Below, in pieces: positions 20,446 through 30,254 of a stretch of DNA of 64,000 nucleotides. The DNA lies in assembly GCA_044229975.1 (NCBI GenBank), contig JBGARZ010000014.1:64001-128000 (forward strand). Reading direction: 5' to 3'. Within the stretch, counting starts at the first letter, position 1. Each line of letters begins with the position of its first letter. The notes beneath the pieces are model-generated. The model did not search any database. It was not told where the DNA came from and saw only the letters and a list, made by a program, of their open reading frames with translations. The position numbers were made by a program, and so were the translations under genes. This DNA is from Polyangiales bacterium. GTDB taxonomy: Bacteria; Myxococcota_A; Polyangia; Polyangiales; Ga0077539.

Positions 20446-21999
20446 ATGGAGATCAAGCTCGTTCAGGGATTGCAGCAGAAGCTGGTGATGACACCGCAGC
20501 TTCAGATGGCGATCAAGCTGCTGCAGCTCTCCCGCCTCGAGCTCATCGACGCGGTCCGCGAAGAGATGATGGGCAACCCCATCCTGGAGGACGGGGCCGA
20601 CGGCGGTGACCCGACCGAGCGCGCCGCCGAGCGGGCCGAGACGCCGACGGTCGATCAGGTGCAGGCCCTCGACGACCAGCGGCAACACCTTCCGACGAGT
20701 CAGGAAGACCGCGCCGCCATCTCCGAGACGTCGCAGGAGGACTACTGGGAGAAGTTCCTCGACGCGTACTCCAACCAGGCGCCGCTGCCGACGACGACCC
20801 GCGGGTCGAGCGAGGAGATGCCCTCCCTCGAAGCGACGCTCACCCGCCGCACCACCCTCAGCGATCACCTCGAACAGCAGATCAGGCTGTCGTCGTTTCG
20901 CGAACACGAGATCAAGTTCGCGATGCTCATCGTCCACAACCTGGACGACAGCGGGTACCTCAACCTCAGCGGCATCATGGTCGACGACGACGTCGAGGGC
21001 GAGGCGCCCAAGATTCGCGCCGCCGCCGAGACCGAGGCCGCTGGCCGCGCGCTCACCATCGAAGACCTCGCCGTGGAGGTCGGCCTCGACCCCGAAGACG
21101 CCGAGGAGGTGCTGCGGCTCATCCAGAGCCTCGACCCGGTGGGCGTGGCCGCGCGCGACCTGCGCGAGTGCCTGCTCCGTCAGGCCGAGCACTTCGGCTA
21201 CGACGCCGACAACGTGCTCTGGCAGGTGATCGACAAGCACCTCACCAACGTCGAGCGGCGTAACTTCCAGGCCATCGCCCGCGACCTGCACTGCGAGCTC
21301 ACGGACGTCTACGACGCGGCGAAGTTCATCAGCACGATGGAGCCTCGGCCGGGTCGCAACTTCTCCGCCGAGGAGCCGTCGTACATCACGCCCGACGTCT
21401 ACGTGCACAAGGTCGGCGACGACTACGTGGTGAGCACCAACGACGACGGCATGCCCAAGCTCAAGATCAACGAGCAGCAGGCCCGCTCGCTGATGAAAGA
21501 CCCGAAGGCCCGCGAGTTCGTGCAGGGCAAGCTGGCGTCGGCGAAGTGGTTCGTGCGCTCGCTCGACCAGCGGCAGAAGACCATCGTCAAGGTCACGCAG
21601 AGCATCGTCGAGAAGCAGCACGACTTCTTCGAGAAGGGCATCGAGTTCCTGAAGCCGATGATCCTGCGCGACGTGGCCGACGCGGTGGGCATGCACGAGA
21701 GCACCATCTCGCGCGTCACCACCAACAAGTACGTGCACACCCCGCGGGGCATCTTCGAGCTCAAGTACTTCTTCAACAGCTCCATCCGCCGCATCGCCGA
21801 AGAGGACATCGCGAGCGAGAGCGTGAAGCAGGCGATCAAGAAGATCGTGTCCGTCGAAGACCCGAAGGCCCCGTTCTCCGACGAGCAGATCGTCAAGGAA
21901 CTGGTCGGCCAGAAGATCGTCATCGCCCGCCGCACCGTGGCCAAGTACCGGGAGATGCTCGGCATCCTCTCCAGCGCCAAGCGCAAGCAGTACTACTGA
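20446..21999 (+). CDS. rpoN: RNA polymerase sigma-54 factor
   Basis: Region I LVMTPQLQMAIKLLQLS, DPVGVAARDLRECL, MHESTISRVT, RpoN box ARRTVAKYRE. Confidence 0.98.
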   Translation: MEIKLVQGLQQKLVMTPQLQMAIKLLQLSRLELIDAVREEMMGNPILEDGADGGDPTERAAERAETPTVDQVQALDDQRQHLPTSQEDRAAISETSQEDYWEKFLDAYSNQAPLPTTTRGSSEEMPSLEATLTRRTTLSDHLEQQIRLSSFREHEIKFAMLIVHNLDDSGYLNLSGIMVDDDVEGEAPKIRAAAETEAAGRALTIEDLAVEVGLDPEDAEEVLRLIQSLDPVGVAARDLRECLLRQAEHFGYDADNVLWQVIDKHLTNVERRNFQAIARDLHCELTDVYDAAKFISTMEPRPGRNFSAEEPSYITPDVYVHKVGDDYVVSTNDDGMPKLKINEQQARSLMKDPKAREFVQGKLASAKWFVRSLDQRQKTIVKVTQSIVEKQHDFFEKGIEFLKPMILRDVADAVGMHESTISRVTTNKYVHTPRGIFELKYFFNSSIRRIAEEDIASESVKQAIKKIVSVEDPKAPFSDEQIVKELVGQKIVIARRTVAKYREMLGILSSAKRKQYY

Positions 22000-22190
22000 A
22001 ACCGCCGCGAGGCGGCCGTGTGCATTCGGTGAAAACAGGCACTACCCACGGCGGGCCGAAGGGAGTAAGTGTTGAGTGCCGTCGGCGGTTGCTCGCCCGC
22101 GCCGACGAATAGGCACTTTGGGGCTGAGCGTGGCGCAGGTTCGACGCAGCGGCCCATTGGCCCCTCGTCGCCTCGCCGATGGAGGACGTG

Positions 22191-22538
22191 ATGGGCATTG
22201 CGATCACCTTCAGGCATCTCTCGCCGAGCGATCCGCTCAAGGGGTACGTCCACGAGAAGCTCGAGCGGGTGCAGAAGTACCTGCGCCAGCCGCTCGATGC
22301 GCACGTGACGCTGTTCACCGAGCGACACCTGCACGTTGCCGAGGTCTCCCTCTCGTCGGAGGGCCGCCACTACCAGGCGCGCCACGACAGCGACGACATG
22401 TACAAGTCCATCGACCTCATGCTCGACAAGGTCGAGCACCAGATCTCGCGCCACCACGACTCGGCCACGCGCCACAAGAAGGGCAGCGAGGGCCTCCGCG
22501 CCGTCCCCCTCCCGGCCGAACCCGACGACGCCGACTGA
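22191..22538 (+). CDS. hpf: Ribosome hibernation factor HPF/RaiA
   Basis: ITFRHL.PSDPLKGYV.EKL, DMYKSIDLMLDKVEHQI; canonical position after rpoN; GGAGGA RBS. Confidence 0.92.
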   Translation: MGIAITFRHLSPSDPLKGYVHEKLERVQKYLRQPLDAHVTLFTERHLHVAEVSLSSEGRHYQARHDSDDMYKSIDLMLDKVEHQISRHHDSATRHKKGSEGLRAVPLPAEPDDAD

Positions 22539-22604
22539 TCGGCCGCGGCGCGTCACAGACGCTTTACACTGCTGACCCATTGGGGTTAATCCCGCGCATC
22601 CGTG

Positions 22605-23069
22605 ATGCGGTTCAGCGATCTCCTCACCCCCGCGCGCATCTCGACGACCCTCCGGGTCTCGTCGAAGGACGATGCCATCGAGGCGCTCGGCAAGCTGCTC
22701 ATCCAGGACTCTGAGCTCACCGACGAGTCGGTCGTCGTGCAGGTGCTGCGCGATCGCGAGAGCCTCGCCTCGACGGGCGTCGGCGATGAGGTCGCCATCC
22801 CCCACGGGCGGCTCCCCACCCTCACGCAAATCGTCGCGGCCATCGCCATCGCGCCCGACGGGGTCGACTTCGACTCCATCGACCGTCGGCCCGTTCGCAT
22901 CTTCGTCGCCGTGCTTGCGCCCGATCGCGCGCCGGGCGACCACCTCCGGGTGCTCGCGCGGGTCTCGCGCCTGCTCCGCGACGTGCGGGTGAGGGCCGAG
23001 CTCATCGCCGCCACAGACCCCGCGCAGGTGCTCGCGATCCTGCACGCCGAGGAGGCGCAGCTCCGCTGA
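22605..23069 (+). CDS. ptsN: PTS EIIA-Ntr
   Basis: RESLASTGVGDEVAIPHGR phospho-His motif, GVDFDSID, HLRVLARVSRLL; rpoN operon context. Confidence 0.92.
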   Translation: MRFSDLLTPARISTTLRVSSKDDAIEALGKLLIQDSELTDESVVVQVLRDRESLASTGVGDEVAIPHGRLPTLTQIVAAIAIAPDGVDFDSIDRRPVRIFVAVLAPDRAPGDHLRVLARVSRLLRDVRVRAELIAATDPAQVLAILHAEEAQLR

Positions 23070-23089
23070 GAGTGTGCTAGCCGTAGGGC

Positions 23090-24367
23090 ATGCAACCTCG
23101 TTGGGAGACGTTGGTCGCGGCCCTCGCCCTACAGGGGTCCGCGTGCTCCATGCAGCAGGCGCAGCAGACCATCGTGGTGGTCCAGGTCGAACCACCCGCG
23201 GCCCCGCGACAGGGAGCCGTGGTCTCCCTCGGCGAGGGGCCCGGTGACCTCACCGCCGTGCAGATCAACGCCGCGCTCGCGGGTCACGGCACCTGGAGCG
23301 ACTCGCCCACCTACGGTCGCGTGTGGCGCCCCGACGAGCGGCTCCTCAGCATCGGCGGGGTCGGCTTCAGCCCGTACGTGACGGGCGGGCAGTGGCTCGC
23401 CACCGACGGCGGCTGGTACTGGCAGAGCGACTACTCGTGGGGCCGCGTCGCGTTCCACTACGGTCGCTGGGTGCTCGACGGCGCTACGTGGTGGTGGGTG
23501 CCGGGGTCACGCTTCGCCCCCGCGTGGGTCGACTGGCGCGCCGGCAACGGCTGGGTCGCTTGGTCGCCCATGACGCCTCAGCGCGCGCGCGTCTGGTCTC
23601 CCTTCGTCTACTGCCCGCAGGCTGGTCTCGCGGGTGCTGGGTTGTTGGGGCGCGTCGTGCGGGGCGCCGCGGCGAGCTCCCTCTACGCGCGCACGACCGC
23701 GGTCGAGGCCGACGCTGGCACGCCACGCGGTCCCGCCGTCGATGCGCGATCGTTCGCCGTTGTGTCGATGAACCTGGCGTGGCGGGGCAACGGGTCCGAC
23801 CTGCGCTCCGCCCACTCCCCGCTCGTGGCCGCGACCGAGGCTGGCGTCGAACTCGTGTCGCCCATCCCCGAGGCGCTCGTCGACGATCCCGCGCCGGCGC
23901 CCTTCGAGGCAGCCAACAACGGCCCGGTGGCGCGCATCACCGACCGCGACCTCGTCGGCATGTCCGCAGGGCCCAGCGTTCGGCGGAGCGTCGCGCCCGC
24001 GTCGGCTTTACCCGATCGGGTATCCGAGTCCCGCGCGACGACCGTGGTCCTCCAGGCGCCCGCGCAGCCTCCGCGCGTCGCCGTCTCGACGCCGCCGCCG
24101 CTCCCGCCGCCGCCTGATGGCGTCGCGACGGGGCCGTGGTTCGGTGGGTACACCATGCGCGGTCCCGCGGCCTTTGCGTCGCGTCGCGGCGGCGCGATGC
24201 CCACCGGGGGAGGCGCGTCGGCCGTCGTCGTAGCGCCCTCGCAGGCGCCCGCTCTGCCCGTCGCGGCGACGTCCTCTGCGGTCGTCACGGGCGGCAGTGC
24301 CTGGCGCGGCGGCTCGCCTTCCGCAGCGTCCAGCGGCGTCGGCTCCATCGGGTTCACGCAGCGGTAG
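23090..24367 (+). CDS. Exported Trp/Gly-rich (DUF6600-like) protein with low-complexity tail
   Basis: GTW...YGRVWRP, PYVTGGQW, GWYWQSDYSWGRVAFHYGRW, WWWVPG..FAPAWV.WR; Pro/Ala-rich C-terminus. Confidence 0.7.
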   Translation: MQPRWETLVAALALQGSACSMQQAQQTIVVVQVEPPAAPRQGAVVSLGEGPGDLTAVQINAALAGHGTWSDSPTYGRVWRPDERLLSIGGVGFSPYVTGGQWLATDGGWYWQSDYSWGRVAFHYGRWVLDGATWWWVPGSRFAPAWVDWRAGNGWVAWSPMTPQRARVWSPFVYCPQAGLAGAGLLGRVVRGAAASSLYARTTAVEADAGTPRGPAVDARSFAVVSMNLAWRGNGSDLRSAHSPLVAATEAGVELVSPIPEALVDDPAPAPFEAANNGPVARITDRDLVGMSAGPSVRRSVAPASALPDRVSESRATTVVLQAPAQPPRVAVSTPPPLPPPPDGVATGPWFGGYTMRGPAAFASRRGGAMPTGGGASAVVVAPSQAPALPVAATSSAVVTGGSAWRGGSPSAASSGVGSIGFTQR

Positions 24368-24500
24368 CGCTGGTCACTGGAGCCCCACGAGGCGCGGGTC
24401 ATCGCTGAGGCTTGCGCGCGATCGAGCGTCAACGGTACCTATGGGTGCGCGTCGGCAGTGGTCGGCGCAGCGACGATTCTTCTCTTCTGCGAGGCGTGCG

Positions 24501-26330
24501 ATGAAGCGCAGGTACGGTCGACTCCCATGGCTCGCGGTGGTGGTGGCGGCGTGTTCGCCCACCGAAAACAACACCGTCATCATCGGGCCCGACGCGGGCG
24601 TTCGGCGTGACACGGGTGTCGGGCGCGACGGCGCTCCGCTGCGTCCCGATGGCTCGACCATCGTGTGTACGGCTGACACCGACGGCGACGGTCTCTCCGA
24701 CGCCATCGAGGGCGCGCCCACGCAGGACACCGACCGCGACGGCACGCCGGACTTCCGCGACAACGACTCGGACGGCGACGGCTTCACCGACGCGGACGAG
24801 GCGCGCCGTCAGTACCCCCGCTACGACAGCATGGTGCGAACGCTCACCTGCGGCGGCGCGGGCGACAACTGCGACGGCACCGATAGCGTTCCCAACCAGC
24901 GCGACTCCGACTCCGACGACGACGGGCTCACCGACCGCGAGGAGTTCATGGCGGGCACCAACCCGTGCAACCCCGACACGGACGGCGATGGCGCCACCGA
25001 CCTCATCGAGAGCGCGGCGATGTCCGACGGTCGCAACGCCGACATGCGCCCGCCGGAAAACTCCCTCTACGTCGTGCTGCCCCACTACCCGGCGCCGATG
25101 ATGGGGCCGCACGAGTTCCGCGAGTTCGGCTTCTCGACGCGCATCCGCCTGGCCGACGTGTTCTTCCTCGTCGACAACTCGGCCTCGATGCAGCCCATCA
25201 TCAACACGCTGCGCACCAACCTCGCCACCATCGTGCGGGGCGTGCAGATGGAGATCCCCGACGTGCGCGTGGGCGTCGGCTCCTTCGACAGCATGCCCTT
25301 CCTCCCCTGCGGACAACCCGGGATGCCCGGCGACTACACGCTCTGGATCCGCCAGGCGATCTCCCCCGACGTCTCGGCCTCGCAGCGCGCCTTCGACAAC
25401 ATGCGCACCATCGACACCGACACGGCGTCGCCGCTGCGTCCGCCCTTCGTCGGCGGCGACGGGCCCGAAAACCAGACCGAGGCCATCTACGAGGTCATCG
25501 CCGGCGGCGGATCACCCGGGCACGAGACCGACCCCGCGGCGCTCCGCTCCGTCCGCAACGCGCTCGACCCGATGGGCAATGGGTGGGTGCCCACCGTCGA
25601 CCCGGTGCGCGACTGCGGCGCCACCGCCGCCAACCCCCGCTACGGGTGGGGCTGCTTCGCCGAGGGCCGCGTCCCCATCGTCGTGCTCGCCTCCGACGCG
25701 CCCTGGTACGACGGGTGTTTCGCCAGCGACGCGGCGTCGTTCAACTCCGGCGGCCGCGGGCACAACTGCAACGATGTGGTCACCGCGCTCAACGCGCGCG
25801 GCGGGTTCTTCGTCGGCATCGACGTGGGCCCGAGCGGGTTCACGTATACCAACGCCCGCATCCTCGCGATGCGCACCAACACCATCGACGGCAGCGGCGC
25901 GCCCGTGGTGTTCAACCCCGGCGGATCGGTGGGCGCGGCCTCGGGGCAGATCGTCGACGCGGTCACCCGCCTCGCGGGCAGCTCGCGGCAGGACATCACC
26001 ACGCGCACCGTCGCCGACGCCTCGGCCACGGGCCTTCCCGCGGGGCGCACCACGGCGGAGTTCATCCGTGCGGTGGTTCCGCTGCGCGGCGAGCCCGACA
26101 TGCCCGAAGGGTATGCGCGCCGCGACACCACCACCTTCTACGGCGTGTCACCCACCACGCGCGTGATCTTCAACGTCGACTTCTATAACGACTTCGTGGA
26201 AGGCGGCGCGACGGCGACGCTCTTCCGGGCGACCATCGAGGTGCTCGGCCGCGGCGGAACGGTCGTCGACACGCGCCCGGTGTTCATCGTGGTGCCCGCG
26301 CGCGGCAGCGGCATCGGCGCGCCGGGCTGA
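24501..26330 (+). CDS. Lipoprotein with TSP3-like Ca-binding repeats and a VWA domain (CglD-like adhesin)
   Basis: Lipobox VVAAC; multiple DxDGDG/DxDxDG repeats; MIDAS DVFFLVDNSASM; VGVGSFD; GGDGPENQTEAIY. Confidence 0.8.
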   Translation: MKRRYGRLPWLAVVVAACSPTENNTVIIGPDAGVRRDTGVGRDGAPLRPDGSTIVCTADTDGDGLSDAIEGAPTQDTDRDGTPDFRDNDSDGDGFTDADEARRQYPRYDSMVRTLTCGGAGDNCDGTDSVPNQRDSDSDDDGLTDREEFMAGTNPCNPDTDGDGATDLIESAAMSDGRNADMRPPENSLYVVLPHYPAPMMGPHEFREFGFSTRIRLADVFFLVDNSASMQPIINTLRTNLATIVRGVQMEIPDVRVGVGSFDSMPFLPCGQPGMPGDYTLWIRQAISPDVSASQRAFDNMRTIDTDTASPLRPPFVGGDGPENQTEAIYEVIAGGGSPGHETDPAALRSVRNALDPMGNGWVPTVDPVRDCGATAANPRYGWGCFAEGRVPIVVLASDAPWYDGCFASDAASFNSGGRGHNCNDVVTALNARGGFFVGIDVGPSGFTYTNARILAMRTNTIDGSGAPVVFNPGGSVGAASGQIVDAVTRLAGSSRQDITTRTVADASATGLPAGRTTAEFIRAVVPLRGEPDMPEGYARRDTTTFYGVSPTTRVIFNVDFYNDFVEGGATATLFRATIEVLGRGGTVVDTRPVFIVVPARGSGIGAPG

Positions 26331-26353
26331 CGCTCGGACCGACGAAGCGGGCT

Positions 26354-27265
26354 TCAGCCGTGGACGCGGTTGCGGCCCGCTCTTTTGGCGGTGAACACGA
26401 GCTCGTCGGCGCGGCGGTAGACCTCCATCGGGTCGGTGTCGGCGGGCAGCCGCGTGGACACTCCGAGGGAGATGGTGAGGGGCATCACGGCGCCCTCGAA
26501 CTCGAAGCGGTGCTTGGCCGTGAGCGAGCGGATCTTCTCCGCCGTCAGCCGCGCGCCCACGCCGTCGATCTCGGGGAGCAACACCGCGAACTCTTCGCCG
26601 CCCATGCGCCCGGCGACGTCGTCGCGGCGGAGGTTGACCTTGAGCAGCGAGGCGAACTGCCGGAGCGCCGCGTCGCCGGCGAGGTGGCCGTGGACGTCGT
26701 TGATCTTCTTGAAGTGGTCGATGTCGATGACCAGCAGCGAGAGCGGGCGCGTGTAGCGGGTGGAGCGGGAGAACTCCCGGTGCATCGCGTCTTCGAAGGC
26801 GCGGCGGTTGGGGAGGTTGGTGAGGCCGTCGGTGGTGACGAGGCGATAGATCTCCTCGTGGTAGGCCGACTCGATGTGCCCGCTCACCAGGAACTTCAGG
26901 ATGTTGCGACCGATCTGGATGTGGTCGCCGTGCTTGAGCTCGGAGGTCTCCACCGAGCGATCGTTGACGTAGGTGCCGTTGGTGCTGCCAAGGTCGGTGA
27001 TGCGCCAGGCCTCGGGCACGCCGTCGGCGAGCGTCGGGTCGATGCGACAGTGGCTGCGCGAGACGCTCTCCTCCTCGAACTGGAGATCGCTCTCCGCCGA
27101 GCGGCCGACGCCGAGGGGCATGGGGCCGAGGGAGATGCGGCGGCCGATGGACTCGCCGTACATCACCACCAGACACGCTTCACGCACCGCGGGCTCGCGG
27201 CTCGGGCGATCCCGCGAGCTGCTTACCTTGAACCTGCTGGTGTCGTTCAGGTCCGACGCCGCCAC
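26354..27265 (-). CDS. FHA-GGDEF diguanylate cyclase
   Basis: FHA motifs GR, VSRSH, DLGSTNGTYVN; DGLTNLPNRR, DIDHFKKIND.HGH, I-site RRDD, GGEEF. Confidence 0.92.
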   Translation of the reverse strand: MAASDLNDTSRFKVSSSRDRPSREPAVREACLVVMYGESIGRRISLGPMPLGVGRSAESDLQFEEESVSRSHCRIDPTLADGVPEAWRITDLGSTNGTYVNDRSVETSELKHGDHIQIGRNILKFLVSGHIESAYHEEIYRLVTTDGLTNLPNRRAFEDAMHREFSRSTRYTRPLSLLVIDIDHFKKINDVHGHLAGDAALRQFASLLKVNLRRDDVAGRMGGEEFAVLLPEIDGVGARLTAEKIRSLTAKHRFEFEGAVMPLTISLGVSTRLPADTDPMEVYRRADELVFTAKRAGRNRVHG

Positions 27266-27428
27266 GATGCCGCAGTGTACCCATGATCCCGTTTGGGTAG
27301 CGAACTTCCCAACGATTCCATGGCGATCGCCCGTCGCCTCGCCCTGGAGGGCCTCGGACGCCTTCTGCGGGAGGCATGCCGCGAAGTTGACCGGGCTCCC
27401 CCGTCCTGGCTAACGGCCTCGACCCACG

Positions 27429-28670
27429 ATGGTAGATCGAGCGCGCGCGCTGGCGTTGGTGGGTGTAGTCGGGGCCGCGGTTCCGTTCGTCGTGTTGAGG
27501 CACAGCGCCTCGGCCCAGCGCGCCAACATCCCAGCAGGAACCTCCCGCGTGGCCGACGGCGGGGTCGCGCGCTTTCGTGGGACGCCCGCGGCCATCACGG
27601 CCGTCGTCGCCGGGCTCGACCCGTCCCGTGGGCGGGTTGAGCGGGGGAGCAACGAGTACGTGGTCGATCTGCCCGATGGTCGGCGGGCGGCCCTCACGCT
27701 CGAACCCGCGTGGCAGCGCGCGACGGCGGCCCTGCTGGAGCGCCATGTGCTGCCCATGGCCAGCGTGGTGGTGCTCGACACTGCGACCGGTCGGGTGCTG
27801 GTCTGGGCGTCGCGCGGAAGTAGCAACGACCTGGCGCGGGCGGCCGAGGCGCCCGCGGCGAGCGTGTTCAAGATCGTGACGTCGTCGGCGTTGTTGGAGG
27901 AGGGGCTGTCGGAGCGGGAGCCCACCTGCTGGTCGGGCGGGTTTCACGCGCTGACCCTGCGCGACCTGATGAGCGACCCACGGCGCGACCGGGAGTGCAG
28001 CACGCTGCCCGAGGCGTTTGCGCGCTCGACCAACACGGTCTTCGCGCGGCGGGCGTTGGAGCTCTTGAACCCGCCCCGCCTCCAGGTGACGGCGCGGCAG
28101 TGGGGCTTTGGCGAGGCGATCCCCTTCGATGCGCCCGTGGCGATCAGCGAGCTCACGGTCCCGTCGGAGACGCTGGCCTTCGCGCGCACCGCCGCGGGCT
28201 TCTGGAACAGCACGCTCTCGCCGCTCCACGGCGCGCTCCTGGCGCAGGGCATCGCGCGGGGCGGAGAGATGACGAGGCCGTGGGTCGTCTCGTCGATTCG
28301 CAACGCGCAGGGCGACACGGTGGCGGTGGGTGGAGAGCACGCGTGGCGCCGCGCGGTGAGCCCTGGGGTGGCCGCGACGCTGGGCCGCGCGATGGCGCGA
28401 ACGGTGAGCGAGGGCACGGGGTTTCACGGCTTCCACGACGAGGCCGGCCGGGCCTACCTGGAGGGCGTGACCGTCGGCGGGAAGACCGGAACGCTCACGG
28501 GCTCGGAGCCGTTCAGGGCGTTTACGTGGTTCGTGGGCAACGCCGAGGGGGCGGGGCGTCGGCTGTCGATCGCGGTGATGGTGGCCAATGGCCCGCTCTG
28601 GCGGGTGAAGGCGCCGACGCTCGCGCGGCAGGTGCTCCAGCTCGCCCTCCGCGGCCGCGCGACGGACTGA
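27429..28670 (+). CDS. Penicillin-binding transpeptidase-domain protein
   Basis: N-terminal anchor; SxxK (ASVFK), SxN (STN), KTG (GKTGT); little or no pedestal domain. Confidence 0.88.
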   Translation: MVDRARALALVGVVGAAVPFVVLRHSASAQRANIPAGTSRVADGGVARFRGTPAAITAVVAGLDPSRGRVERGSNEYVVDLPDGRRAALTLEPAWQRATAALLERHVLPMASVVVLDTATGRVLVWASRGSSNDLARAAEAPAASVFKIVTSSALLEEGLSEREPTCWSGGFHALTLRDLMSDPRRDRECSTLPEAFARSTNTVFARRALELLNPPRLQVTARQWGFGEAIPFDAPVAISELTVPSETLAFARTAAGFWNSTLSPLHGALLAQGIARGGEMTRPWVVSSIRNAQGDTVAVGGEHAWRRAVSPGVAATLGRAMARTVSEGTGFHGFHDEAGRAYLEGVTVGGKTGTLTGSEPFRAFTWFVGNAEGAGRRLSIAVMVANGPLWRVKAPTLARQVLQLALRGRATD

Positions 28671-28680
28671 GCGGCTTCGG

Positions 28681-28715
28681 GGACCCACGCCGCGCCGACG
28701 CCTCGGCGTGGGTCC
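28681..28715. terminator. GC-rich hairpin between convergent genes
   Basis: GGACCCACGCCG (28681-28692) pairs perfectly with CGGCGTGGGTCC (28704-28715); no poly-U tail. Confidence 0.5.
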
Positions 28716-28722
28716 TACCTGG

Positions 28723-28874
28723 GAGCTCGACCCCGTAGCGGTGGAGTCCCACCCGGGTTGGGGTTGAGCTCGACCCCGCAGTGGTCGGGTGCCACCCGGA
28801 CAGGCGACGAGCCCGACCCTGGTGGACGTTGAGTCCCACCGGGGTCGGGGTTGAGTCTGGGGGAGGGGAGGGTC
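28723..28874. repeat. Degenerate 21-22 bp periodic intergenic repeat array
   Basis: Units start at 28723, 28744, 28766, 28787, 28809, 28831, 28853; two unit types, GAGCTCGACCCCG and GAGTCCCACC.GGGT.GGGGTT. Confidence 0.7.
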
Positions 28875-28925
28875 GACCTTGAGTCGACTGGAGGACGAGA
28901 AGCGTAAGGAAGGCTGAGCCGAGGC

Positions 28926-29714
28926 TCAGTGCTGCGGGCGGGCCACGATGGCGGCGGCCGGGGGCTCGCGGCGCACGACGATGGCCGGCATGCGCTCGCG
29001 GTTCTCGAAGTCGGCGCGGTAGGCGGCCGCCTCGCGAGCGTTGTTGAACGGACCGACCCTCACGCGGTGCCACACCACGTTGTTGGGGTCCGTCGCGGGC
29101 TGGGCGACGTAGGCGCGGTGGCCACGGTCACGCAGCCGTTGCGCGAAGGTCTGCGCATGGCCCACCGCGCGAAACGAGCTCACCTGCACGGTGAACGGCC
29201 CGTCGCTCCCGGCAGCCACGGGTGCACCGCGCGGGATCGTCGCCGCCGCGCTGACCGTGCCCGCGTTGACGAGGGCGCTCTCGTTGAGCCGCACGCCGAA
29301 GCCACCGAGGGGAGAGGCGCTCTGCGGCAGCAGCACCGGGCGCTGCGTGGGGTCAGCCAGCGAGGGCCCCGTGGCCAGCGTCGGCGTGGCGCCCGCTGCG
29401 GTGGTCGCCGCCGTCGTCGCTCCACCGGCCGCTGCGACCGCCGGGGCGTTGCCCGTGAGGCGCTCGGCGTAGGTGAGGTTGGCGCTCGTCGACCCTTCGG
29501 TGCGCGCCGCGAGGCGGTCGAGCTGCGCGAGCGGATCTTCTCGTGGCGCCGGTCGGGTGTCCCCCGCCTCGCGGCCCACCATCACGCCCACGGCAAAGAG
29601 CACGCAGGCCGTGGCGATGGCGCCGAGGGCGACGGACATCAACCGCGACGAGTGGCTGACATCATCGCGTTCCTGGATCTGATCGAGGTCACGCATGGAA
29701 CCCATTGCGTCCAT
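28926..29714 (-). CDS. SPOR domain membrane protein (FtsN/DedD-like)
   Basis: One N-terminal TM, low-complexity linker, SPOR motifs FTVQVSSF and WHRVRVGPF. Confidence 0.88.
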   Translation of the reverse strand: MDAMGSMRDLDQIQERDDVSHSSRLMSVALGAIATACVLFAVGVMVGREAGDTRPAPREDPLAQLDRLAARTEGSTSANLTYAERLTGNAPAVAAAGGATTAATTAAGATPTLATGPSLADPTQRPVLLPQSASPLGGFGVRLNESALVNAGTVSAAATIPRGAPVAAGSDGPFTVQVSSFRAVGHAQTFAQRLRDRGHRAYVAQPATDPNNVVWHRVRVGPFNNAREAAAYRADFENRERMPAIVVRREPPAAAIVARPQH

Positions 29715-29819
29715 GGCCAAGGGCTTCGCTCCTGTTGCCCGCGGATCGGATTGACCCGCTGCATGGGCGAACGTTTCGACGATGCGCGACGCCGCGTCAC
29801 CTTTTCAGCAACGCTCCGC

Positions 29820-30254
29820 TCAGCGCGGCGCGAGCACGGTGATGATGCGCGACGACGACACCTCGTTGTCGGGCGGAGCGATCTGGAAGAGGTTGAGCGC
29901 GTCGCCCACCTGCGGCGCGAGCACCGTCGTCGTCCCTCGCACGGGCACCGGCCCCATCACGAGGCGCCACAGGCCCGTCGCATCGGCAGTCGTACCCACG
30001 AAGAGCGACTCGCCCGTCGCGACGCTCGCCCGCTGGTTGGTGTCCTGCAGCAGCACCACGGAGTTGGGGAGCGAAGTGCCTGACAGCTCCACGATCACCC
30101 CGCCGCCGGGGCACTCCGTCGGAGCGCAGACGGTAAACGCCTGCGCCGTCACGCTGGGCGGCGGGAGCGGGAGGCCGCGCGTCAAGCACCCCGCGGTCGT
30201 GACGCATGCGGCGATCAGGAGGAGGGTGTTCAGGCGACGTCGGAGGGGGCTCAC
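29820..30254 (-). CDS. Hypothetical lipoprotein (single Ig-like beta domain)
   Basis: Hydrophobic leader ending TAGC, then LPLPPP and a beta-rich body; start uncertain (GTG 30254, ORF open to 30332). Confidence 0.55.
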   Translation of the reverse strand: MSPLRRRLNTLLLIAACVTTAGCLTRGLPLPPPSVTAQAFTVCAPTECPGGGVIVELSGTSLPNSVVLLQDTNQRASVATGESLFVGTTADATGLWRLVMGPVPVRGTTTVLAPQVGDALNLFQIAPPDNEVSSSRIITVLAPR

